The translations under genes and the position numbers were made by a program. Shown in pieces: positions 56,364 through 64,000 of a DNA stretch of 64,000 nucleotides (positions are counted from its first letter, which is position 1; each line of letters begins with the position of its first letter). Below the pieces are notes generated by a model that worked only from the letters and a program-made list of their open reading frames with translations, searched no databases and was not told the DNA's origin. This stretch comes from an uncultured Bifidobacterium sp. (lineage in GTDB: Bacteria; Actinomycetota; Actinomycetes; S36-B12; UBA5976), in assembly GCA_964655115.1 (NCBI GenBank), contig CAZZKM010000001.1, forward strand, positions 91,708-155,707. The letters are read 5' to 3'.

Positions 56364-56472
56364 GAAAGCAAGTATTCCTCTTTCAATTGCACTTGCATTT
56401 ATAGCTGGAGTAGCTGCGACTTTACAAGCAAGTGTCAGTGGCCAATTAGCGCATGAATTAAATGATGGAATT

Positions 56473-57273
56473 ATGGCAGCTTTGATCTCAAATATTGGTG
56501 GCACCATTTTTATGAGCATATTTTTGTTAAATCCTGAAGTAAGAAATAAATTTAGAAAGTTAATTAAATTAATAAAAGAAAAGAGGTTTGCTAAATGGCA
56601 ACTCTTAGGAGGAGTTGCAGGTGCAGTTTATATTTCAACTGCTTCAAGCACGGTAAGTATTATTGGAACAGGATTATTCACAGTAGTTCTTGTTGCATCA
56701 CAAAATATAAGTGGAATTTTTGTAGATAAGTTTGGATTTAGTTCTGGTAAAAAAAGAAATATTACACAGAAAAGATTTTTAGCTATGTCTATTGGAATAG
56801 TTGCTGTGTTTTTTTCAGTGTCTGAATTTAATGGAGATATATTGTGGATTCCAATTATTGCTGTAGTAATTGCAGGTTTAGCTGTGACCATGCAATTTGC
56901 ACTCAATGCACGAGTTACAAAAGCAGCTAACTCGCAAGTTTCAGCCTTTATTAATTTTCCTATGTCTATGTTTGCTGTAACCATAACTTTAATTTTGATG
57001 AATCTTTTTGGAAAAGATTGGACTAATTGGCCAAGCCAATGGTGGCTTTATACAGCAGGAATTCTTGGTGCGATTGTGGTTTATCTAGCAGCTGCTGTGG
57101 TTAGAACTTTAGGAGTATTACTTTTCAGTTTGGCAACTGTGGCTGGTCAACTTGTAACTTCCATTTTCCTAGACGTGATCATGCCAAATGCAAACATAAA
57201 TGTGGGCTGGGCTTTAATTTTTGGAGCAGCATTGATGCTATTTGCTGTCTATCTGGCAAGTGATTTAAGGTAG
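56473..57273 (+). CDS. DMT-superfamily YdcZ/DUF606 duplicated transporter (N-terminus probably extends to 56350)
   Basis: 266 aa from the first ATG. The in-frame upstream 37 codons encode the expected first helix (SIPLSIALAFIAGVAATLQASVSGQL) but contain no ATG, GTG or TTG (see findings). Confidence 0.65.
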   Translation: MAALISNIGGTIFMSIFLLNPEVRNKFRKLIKLIKEKRFAKWQLLGGVAGAVYISTASSTVSIIGTGLFTVVLVASQNISGIFVDKFGFSSGKKRNITQKRFLAMSIGIVAVFFSVSEFNGDILWIPIIAVVIAGLAVTMQFALNARVTKAANSQVSAFINFPMSMFAVTITLILMNLFGKDWTNWPSQWWLYTAGILGAIVVYLAAAVVRTLGVLLFSLATVAGQLVTSIFLDVIMPNANINVGWALIFGAALMLFAVYLASDLR

Positions 57274-57282
57274 TGTGAATTT

Positions 57283-57633
57283 ATGCCTGTGACAAATCCA
57301 GCATCCAATTCTGAAAATAGAAATTTGAGAGCTATTTCAAATAATGAAGTTGATATAAAAGTAAATCGTTGGCAAAAATTAATTAGAAGACAATGGCCAA
57401 CTTTATTACCTATAGCAATTACAATTTTGGGAATATTTCTAGCAACTCAAATGAATTTTCGAATTGGTGTTTTAGTGTTTTCATTTGGAGTGGCAGTTTC
57501 TGCAGTGTTACGTGCATCACTTCCAAGATTTTCTCTTGGCTGGCTTTATGTCCGAACTAAATGGATTGATGTAACAGTATTAACATTTTTTTCAGTTTTC
57601 TTAATAATTCTTTCTATAGTTGTGCCCTCATAA
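57283..57633 (+). CDS. small membrane protein (DUF3017-like)
   Basis: 116 aa with 3 TM helices after a polar N-terminus. The family call is tentative. Confidence 0.45.
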   Translation: MPVTNPASNSENRNLRAISNNEVDIKVNRWQKLIRRQWPTLLPIAITILGIFLATQMNFRIGVLVFSFGVAVSAVLRASLPRFSLGWLYVRTKWIDVTVLTFFSVFLIILSIVVPS

Positions 57634-57703
57634 ATTCAAATCCTTAATCCTTACTAGAATTGACTTTGTAATTTGAAATCTTTTGAAGGGCTTGTGATAA
57701 AAC

Positions 57704-58660
57704 TTGGCTAGATCGGGCAAAGTCTCAGTTATAGGAGCAGGTTTCTACGGTTCAACCACCGCAATGCGTTTAGCTGAATATGACATTTTTGAAACTGTGG
57801 TTTTAACCGATGTTGTGGAAGGTAAAGCAGAAGGTCTAGCACTTGATATGAATCAATCAAGACCTATACAAAATTTTGAAACAAAAATCATTGGCCAGAC
57901 AACTTTGCCCGATGGTAAAGGTTATGAAGCCATTAAAGATTCTTCAATAGTAGTAATTACTGCAGGACTTCCAAGAAAACCTGGAATGAGCAGAATGGAT
58001 TTAATTGAAACTAATGCCAAAATTGTTCGACAAGTTTCAGAAAATATTGCTAAACATGCTCCTAATTCAGTTGTAATAGTAGTTTCAAATCCATTGGATG
58101 AAATGACAGCTCTTGCCCAAATTGCAACTGGTTTTGCAAAAAATAAAGTAATGGGTCAAGCAGGAATGTTAGATACTGCAAGATTTTCGTATTTTGTTGC
58201 AGAAAAAACTGGAGCATTAATCAGTGAAGTAAAGACTTTAACTTTAGGTTCTCATGGTGAAACTATGGTTCCAGTTCCAAGTCAATCAAGTGTTAAAGGT
58301 AAATCATTAAGTGAAGTATTACCAAAAGACGAAATAGATAAATTAGTTGAACGCACCAGAAATGGTGGAGCAGAAGTTGTGGCATTATTAAAGACTGGTT
58401 CTGCTTACTATGCACCAAGTGCAGCAGCTGCTGAAATGGCAAAAGCAGTTGCAACAAATTCAAATAAAGTGATGCCCGTATGTGCTTGGGTTGATGGCGA
58501 ATATGGAATTGATGGAGTTTATTTAGGTGTTGAAGCTCAACTTGGATCAAATGGAATTAATAAAGTTGTGGAAACTAAATTAACAAATGATGAATTAGCA
58601 GCTTTAAAAGTTGCTGCTGAAGCTGTAAGAACTAAGCAAGCAGATGTAAAGAATCTTTAA
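57704..58660 (+). CDS. mdh: malate dehydrogenase (LDH-like type)
   Basis: 318 aa, TTG start, with VSVIGAGFYGSTTA, GLPRKPGMSRMDL and SHGETMVP. Confidence 0.9.
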   Translation: MARSGKVSVIGAGFYGSTTAMRLAEYDIFETVVLTDVVEGKAEGLALDMNQSRPIQNFETKIIGQTTLPDGKGYEAIKDSSIVVITAGLPRKPGMSRMDLIETNAKIVRQVSENIAKHAPNSVVIVVSNPLDEMTALAQIATGFAKNKVMGQAGMLDTARFSYFVAEKTGALISEVKTLTLGSHGETMVPVPSQSSVKGKSLSEVLPKDEIDKLVERTRNGGAEVVALLKTGSAYYAPSAAAAEMAKAVATNSNKVMPVCAWVDGEYGIDGVYLGVEAQLGSNGINKVVETKLTNDELAALKVAAEAVRTKQADVKNL

Positions 58661-58669
58661 AGGAAAAAA

Positions 58670-59881
58670 ATGGCAAAAATTAAAGTAGCAAATCCAGTTG
58701 TTGAACTAGATGGCGATGAAATGACTCGCATCATTTGGCAATTTATTAAAGATGAGTTGATTTTGCCTTATCTAGATGTCAATTTAGAGTATTACGATTT
58801 AAGTATTGAACATAGAGATAAAACTGATGATCAAGTAACTATTGATTCTGCGAATGCAATAAAAAAACATGGAGTTGGTGTCAAATGTGCAACCATTACT
58901 CCAGACGAAGCAAGAGTTAAAGAATTTGGTTTAAAGAAAATGTGGAAATCTCCAAATGGAACTATTCGAAATATTTTAGGCGGAGTAATTTTTCGTGAGC
59001 CAATTATTATTTCTAACATTCCACGACTTGTACCAAGTTGGACTAAACCAATTGTGATTGGTCGTCATGCTCATGGAGATCAATATAAAGCAACTGATTT
59101 TGTGGTTCCAGGTCCTGGAAAAGTTACACTTACTTATCAACCAGAAGATGGTTCAAAACCTATGGAGTTTGAAGTAGCAAATTTCAAAGATTCTGGTGTA
59201 GCTATGGGTATGTATAACTTTGATGAGAGCATTAAAGATTTTGCCAGAGCTTCTTTTAGATATGGATTATCAAGAAATTATCCAGTTTATTTATCAACTA
59301 AAAATACAATTTTAAAAGCCTATGATGGAAGATTCAAAGATATTTTTGCAGAAATTTATGAAAATGAATTTAGAAAAGAATTTGAACAACAAGGATTAAC
59401 TTACGAACATCGATTAATTGATGACATGGTTGCTACTGCTTTAAAGTGGAGTGGTGGATATGTCTGGGCATGTAAAAATTATGATGGCGATGTGCAAAGT
59501 GACACCGTTGCACAAGGTTTTGGTTCCTTAGGATTGATGACAAGTGTTTTGATGACACCAGATGGCAAAATCGTTGAATCAGAAGCAGCACATGGAACAG
59601 TCACAAGACATTACAGAAAATATCAAGCAGGTCAACCAACTTCTACAAATCCAATTGCATCTATTTTTGCTTGGACAGGTGGCTTGAAACATCGCGGAAC
59701 TCTAGACAACAACAAAGAGTTAATTGGATTTGCAAACCAATTAGAACAAGCATGCATTAAAACTGTTGAATCAGGATTAATGACAAAAGATTTGGCAAGA
59801 TTAATCAGTCCAGAGCAAGCTTGGGCAACAACTGAGGAATATTTGGCTGGAATTAAGCGCCAATTAGACTCAAGCCTCTAA
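58670..59881 (+). CDS. icd: NADP-dependent isocitrate dehydrogenase (homodimeric, eukaryote-like subfamily)
   Basis: 403 aa with [30 protein letters not shown] and NYDGDVQSD. Confidence 0.9.
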   Translation: MAKIKVANPVVELDGDEMTRIIWQFIKDELILPYLDVNLEYYDLSIEHRDKTDDQVTIDSANAIKKHGVGVKCATITPDEARVKEFGLKKMWKSPNGTIRNILGGVIFREPIIISNIPRLVPSWTKPIVIGRHAHGDQYKATDFVVPGPGKVTLTYQPEDGSKPMEFEVANFKDSGVAMGMYNFDESIKDFARASFRYGLSRNYPVYLSTKNTILKAYDGRFKDIFAEIYENEFRKEFEQQGLTYEHRLIDDMVATALKWSGGYVWACKNYDGDVQSDTVAQGFGSLGLMTSVLMTPDGKIVESEAAHGTVTRHYRKYQAGQPTSTNPIASIFAWTGGLKHRGTLDNNKELIGFANQLEQACIKTVESGLMTKDLARLISPEQAWATTEEYLAGIKRQLDSSL

Positions 59882-59915
59882 AGCGAAAACTTAAACTAGG
59901 TAATATTAAAAAAAT

Positions 59916-61193
59916 ATGAGTACTTGGGTTAGTGCCCTAATCGTTCTAGTTTTTATCATGATTGGCGGTTTTTTTGCCGCGGCTGAAATTGCTTTAGTTT
60001 CAGTTAGAGAATCTCAAGTAAAAAGATTAGCTGAAACTAAGGGAAGGCGTGGACGTTTATTAAAAGAACTTCATGATCATCCAAATAGGTTTTTAGCTTC
60101 AGTTCAAGTAGGGGTAACTGTTGCAGGATTTATTGGGGCAGGTTTTGGTGCCTCAAGTTTAACGCCGGTTCTTTCTCCAATTTTAGATCAATTTTTACCA
60201 GAGTCTGTGGTTTCAATTTTGGCTTTTATATTGATAACACTTTTTATTTCTTATTTTTCTTTAGTTTTGGGTGAACTTGTACCAAAACGGTTAGCATTAC
60301 AAAATTCTGAAAGCTGGGCTTTGATTGCGGTTTACCCAATTGAAATATTGGCAAGAATTAGTAGACCTTTTATTTGGCTTTTGAGTCACTCAACAAATTT
60401 AATTGTTAGATTTTTGGGTGGAGATCCAACTGCAAGTAGACAAGAATTAAGTGGGGAAGATTTAAGAGATTTAGTAGCAGGACATGAAGAATTAAGTGAT
60501 AACGAGCGCGCTCTAATCGATGACGTCTTTGAAGCAGATGATCGAGAAATTAAAGAGGTGATGACTCCTAGAACTGAGGTTGAATTCTTAGATGCCGAAT
60601 TAACTTTGGCAGATGCGTGTAAAAAAGTGGAGAAACTACCTCACACAAAATATCCAATAATTAATAAAAATGCAGATGAAATTTTGGGATATGTCCACAT
60701 TAGGCAATTAATAACTAATGATGCAAGAAATTCCTCGAAAACATTGAAAGAGATTTCTTCTCCCGTGGAAGTAATTCCTGGAACGACCTCAATTTTGAAT
60801 GCTCTAGGTCAAATGAGAAAAAGAAATCATCACATAATGATTGTGGCAGATGAATATGGTGGTACAGCAGGAATTGTTACTTTAGAGGATTTAGTTGAAG
60901 AATTAATTGGTGACATTAGACATGAGAATGATCAAGTTAAAGAAGAAATAAACGAACTTGATTTTCATGGCGAAGTCGAAGTCGATGGTTTAATGAATTT
61001 AGATGATTTTGCAGATTTAACTCATATTCATTTACCGGAAGGCCCATACGAAACAGTAGCTGGTTTTGTAATCTCAAGATTAAAAACTCTTCCAACATTA
61101 GGAAAATCAATAATTTCAGAGCAATGTAGATTTGAAATTACTGCTATGGATGTTAGAAGGATTGCAAAAGTTAAGGTTACTCGTATTGAATAA
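59916..61193 (+). CDS. CNNM/TlyC-family protein (DUF21 + CBS pair + CorC_HlyC)
   Basis: 425 aa with N-terminal 4-TM DUF21 (GELVPKRLAL), a CBS pair (VMTPRTEV) and a C-terminal transporter-associated domain. Confidence 0.85.
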   Translation: MSTWVSALIVLVFIMIGGFFAAAEIALVSVRESQVKRLAETKGRRGRLLKELHDHPNRFLASVQVGVTVAGFIGAGFGASSLTPVLSPILDQFLPESVVSILAFILITLFISYFSLVLGELVPKRLALQNSESWALIAVYPIEILARISRPFIWLLSHSTNLIVRFLGGDPTASRQELSGEDLRDLVAGHEELSDNERALIDDVFEADDREIKEVMTPRTEVEFLDAELTLADACKKVEKLPHTKYPIINKNADEILGYVHIRQLITNDARNSSKTLKEISSPVEVIPGTTSILNALGQMRKRNHHIMIVADEYGGTAGIVTLEDLVEELIGDIRHENDQVKEEINELDFHGEVEVDGLMNLDDFADLTHIHLPEGPYETVAGFVISRLKTLPTLGKSIISEQCRFEITAMDVRRIAKVKVTRIE

Positions 61194-61277
61194 ATTAACT
61201 TTAGGTTGAGTTTAATCAAAAAAATAGAGTTAATAGGTATTATTATTTTTACGTTAAACTACAAAAGTTGGTGAAAA

Positions 61278-62270
61278 ATGGCAAATAAGCCAAGTGTGCT
61301 CTCAGGCATTCAGCCAACTGCAGATTCATTTCATATTGGTAATTGGTTTGGAGCTTTGCGTCAGTGGGTTCAAATGCAAGAAACCCATAATTGTTTTTAT
61401 TCAGTAGTTGATTTGCATGCCATAACAGCAGATTTTGATCCAAAATTATTAAAGAAAAGAACTTTAACTTCATTTGCACAACTTTTAGCAGTTGGTGTTG
61501 ATCCATCAAAAAGTACGATTTTTGTTCAAAGCCAAGTACCCCAACATGCTCAACTTGCTTGGGTATTAAGTTGCTTCACCGGTTTTGGTGAAGCTAACAG
61601 GATGACGCAGTTTAAAGATAAAACTCATAAAGGAGGCAGTGAAAGATCCTCAGTTGGATTATTTACTTATCCAATATTGCAAGCAGCAGATATCTTGCTT
61701 TATCAAGCAAACCAAGTTCCAGTTGGAGAAGATCAACGTCAACACTTGGAATTAACAAGAGATTTAGCAACTAGATTTAATAACCAGTTTGGACAAACTT
61801 TTACAGTTCCTGAAGCTTATATTGTAAAAGAGACCGCAAAAATTCTTGATTTACAAGATCCAACTTCAAAAATGAGTAAATCCTCACCTTCAGGTTGTAT
61901 TTTTATTTTGGATGAACCAAGTGCGGTAATGAAAAAATTCAAGACTGCTGTCACCGATTCTGGTAAAGAAATTAAATATGATCCAGAAAATAAACCAGGA
62001 GTTTCAAATTTAATATCAATAATTAAATCAGTAACTAATCAAAGTATTCAAGAAATTGAAGATAGTTTTGTGGATAAAGGTTATGGTGATTTAAAAACCT
62101 ATGCCGGAGAAGTTGTGGTTGAACAAGTAATCAATCCGTTTAGAGAGAAGACAAATAACTTATTAAACGATGAAAAGACTTTAACTAATTTAATGTCTGA
62201 GGGTGCTCAAAAAGCAGAACAAGTGGCATCTAATACTTTAAAGAATGTTTATGAAAAAGTTGGGTTTTAA
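61278..62270 (+). CDS. trpS: tryptophan--tRNA ligase
   Basis: 330 aa with [15 protein letters not shown] (HIGH), [16 protein letters not shown] and KMSKS. Confidence 0.9.
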   Translation: MANKPSVLSGIQPTADSFHIGNWFGALRQWVQMQETHNCFYSVVDLHAITADFDPKLLKKRTLTSFAQLLAVGVDPSKSTIFVQSQVPQHAQLAWVLSCFTGFGEANRMTQFKDKTHKGGSERSSVGLFTYPILQAADILLYQANQVPVGEDQRQHLELTRDLATRFNNQFGQTFTVPEAYIVKETAKILDLQDPTSKMSKSSPSGCIFILDEPSAVMKKFKTAVTDSGKEIKYDPENKPGVSNLISIIKSVTNQSIQEIEDSFVDKGYGDLKTYAGEVVVEQVINPFREKTNNLLNDEKTLTNLMSEGAQKAEQVASNTLKNVYEKVGF

Positions 62271-63022
62271 CTAGATTTTCTTCTAGTAATCGTTTGACCT
62301 AACCAAACTAGAGGATCGTACTTTTTATCAACAACTCTTTCTTTCATTGGAATGATTGCATTGTCTGTAATTTTGATATGTTCAGGGCAAACTTCTGTGC
62401 AACATTTTGTAATGTTACACATTCCAAGTCCATGATTTTCTTGAGACTCTTTTTTGCGATCTAGTTGATCCAGAGGATGCATATCTAGTTCTGCTAAACG
62501 AATAAAAAATCTAGGGCCTGCAAATTTAGGTTTGTTATCTTCATGGTCGCGAATTACGTGACACACATCTTGGCATAAGAAGCATTCAATACATTTTCTA
62601 AATTCTTGACTTCTTTCCACGTCTACTTGTTGCATTCGATATTCACCAGGTTTTAGACCTTCTGGACCTTTAAATGCTGGAACTTCTCTTGCTTTTTGAT
62701 AGTTAAATGAAACATCTGTAACTAAATCTTTGATGACTGGAAATGTTCTTAATGGGGTGACGGTAATTTCTTGATCTTCATCAAAAGTGTTCATTCTGGT
62801 CATACACATCAAACTTGGTTTACCGTTTATTTCTGCACTACAGGAACCACATTTTCCAGCTTTGCAGTTCCATCTAACTGCTAAATCAGGACTTTCAGTT
62901 GCTTGAATTCTATGAATTACATCAAGTAGAACTTCGCCTTCAGCAACATCTACTTGGTAGTTTTGTAATTCACCTTTTTCTTTGTTGCCACGCCAAACTC
63001 TTAATTTTGCAAGATAACCCAT
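62267..63022 (-). CDS. sdhB: succinate dehydrogenase / fumarate reductase iron-sulfur subunit
   Basis: 251 aa with 2Fe-2S ([21 protein letters not shown]), 4Fe-4S ([11 protein letters not shown]) and 3Fe-4S ([12 protein letters not shown]) clusters. Confidence 0.9.
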   Translation of the reverse strand: MGYLAKLRVWRGNKEKGELQNYQVDVAEGEVLLDVIHRIQATESPDLAVRWNCKAGKCGSCSAEINGKPSLMCMTRMNTFDEDQEITVTPLRTFPVIKDLVTDVSFNYQKAREVPAFKGPEGLKPGEYRMQQVDVERSQEFRKCIECFLCQDVCHVIRDHEDNKPKFAGPRFFIRLAELDMHPLDQLDRKKESQENHGLGMCNITKCCTEVCPEHIKITDNAIIPMKERVVDKKYDPLVWLGQTITRRKSS

Positions 63023-63024
63023 GA

Positions 63025-64000
63025 TTAGGCTCCCATTCCAAGTTGAGCAAGTTCTTCGGGCAACATATATTTTGCTAATTCTTCCTTATCGAATAATTCA
63101 GCTAATTCTTTTGGCATAGCAGGCAGTGTTTCAATTCTAGTTTCAATCTTTGATCCATTCCATGAACAAATGACATGTTTTGATCTCCAGTTTTTATCCA
63201 TAGTAGGGAAATCATTTCTGGTATGACCTCCACGAGATTCTTCTCTTGCTAATGCACTTTTGGCAATTGTTTCACTTACTAATAACATATTTTGTAGATC
63301 AAGAGATAAGTGCCAGCCAGGATTAAATTGTTTTCCACCAGATACGCCTAAGTTTTTAGTTTTTTGTTTCAAAACCTCTAATTTTTCAATTGCTTCTTTC
63401 ATTTCTTGACCATCTCTAATGATTCCCACAAGATCATTCATCATTTGTTGCAATTCTTGATGTAGAGAATATGGATTTTCTTTGTTTGATGAATTCAAAG
63501 GTGCTTCAGCATCATTAAGTGCTTTTTCTAGATTTTTTTCATCAACTTTTGGTCTGGTGGTTAAATTCATTACATATTGACTTGCCCCAATTCCTGCACG
63601 TCGACCAAAAACTAAAAGATCTGATAATGAATTTCCACCCAAACGATTAGAACCATGCATGCCACCTGCAGCCTCACCGGCAGCAAATAATCCTTCAACA
63701 CCAGTTGCAGCACCAGAATCTGGATCAACTTGAATTCCACCCATTACATAATGACAAGTTGGACCAACTTCCATTGGTTGTTCAGTGATATCGACATCTG
63801 CTAATTCTTTAAATTGATGCCACATAGATGGCAATCTTTTTTTAATTACTTCAGGCTTTAAGCGAGTTGAGACATCTAGGAAAACTCCACCATGAGGAGA
63901 ACCTCTGCCAGCTTTTACTTCAGCATTAATTGCACGGGCAACTTCATCTCTTGGTAATAATTCTGGTGGTCGTCTATTTGAATCAGGATTTTCATACCAA
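63025..64000 (-). CDS. sdhA: succinate dehydrogenase flavoprotein subunit, 5'-truncated by the window edge
   Basis: The track ORF 63025..63834 starts at an internal TTG. The frame continues upstream (..KPEVIKKRLPSMWHQ..) to the window end. Motifs: HYVMGG, GMHGSNRLGGNSL, RGGHTRNDFP. Confidence 0.9.
   Translation of the reverse strand, partial: WYENPDSNRRPPELLPRDEVARAINAEVKAGRGSPHGGVFLDVSTRLKPEVIKKRLPSMWHQFKELADVDITEQPMEVGPTCHYVMGGIQVDPDSGAATGVEGLFAAGEAAGGMHGSNRLGGNSLSDLLVFGRRAGIGASQYVMNLTTRPKVDEKNLEKALNDAEAPLNSSNKENPYSLHQELQQMMNDLVGIIRDGQEMKEAIEKLEVLKQKTKNLGVSGGKQFNPGWHLSLDLQNMLLVSETIAKSALAREESRGGHTRNDFPTMDKNWRSKHVICSWNGSKIETRIETLPAMPKELAELFDKEELAKYMLPEELAQLGMGA

Noticed and set aside
61194-61277. 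T-box leader upstream of trpS.
   Set aside because: The spacer is only 84 nt and AT-rich, with no specifier stem or T-box sequence (AAUUAGGGUGGUACCGCG-like).

Overview
This is a 64-kb chromosomal window from a low-GC, very gene-dense actinobacterium. The lineage guess is a streamlined planktonic group (acI/Nanopelagicales- or Actinomarinales-like), made by eye from composition and synteny and not verified. About 65 protein genes and one tRNA are supported. I saw no rRNA, CRISPR array, transposase or integrase.

The backbone follows the classic Mycobacterium/Streptomyces core order: infA-rpmJ-rpsM-rpsK-rpsD-rpoA-rplQ-truA, rplM-rpsI-glmM, glmS-acpS-alr-tsaE-tsaB-rimI-tsaD, CIRCE-groES-groEL, whiB3, guaB3-like, pcrA, sucCD, a PerM-like membrane protein, purH, mdh, icd, trpS and sdhBA.

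Two accessory blocks stand out.

1. 2.8-8.9 kb holds a gamma-glutamylation amine-catabolism set: GS-like synthetase, aldehyde dehydrogenase, SDR and a PuuD-like hydrolase. The hydrolase is translationally coupled to pseudouridine catabolism genes psuG/psuK.

2. 28.4-41.2 kb is a roughly 13-kb block sitting between groEL and whiB3, which are adjacent in M. tuberculosis. A GntR/HutC regulator sits beside an operon encoding an MtnA-family isomerase, a fused class-II aldolase/SDR, a CUT2 sugar ABC importer, an MtnK-family kinase and an NTF2-like protein. This operon converges on a second operon encoding a split transketolase and a form-IV RuBisCO-like protein.

Both operons carry the same 16-nt operator core, in the same orientation, 20-22 nt upstream of their first start codon. 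This co-regulated pairing of a DHAP-shunt-like route with RLP and transketolase is the best candidate for an undescribed system.

Other points of interest:
- a LitR/CarH-like B12 photoregulator next to an AT-rich LuxR pseudo-receiver
- a tRNA with a non-canonical anticodon loop
- two genes that seem to need AUU start codons
- structured leaders upstream of rpsM, moeZ and rplM
- pervasive shared TTAA stop overlaps at convergent gene pairs
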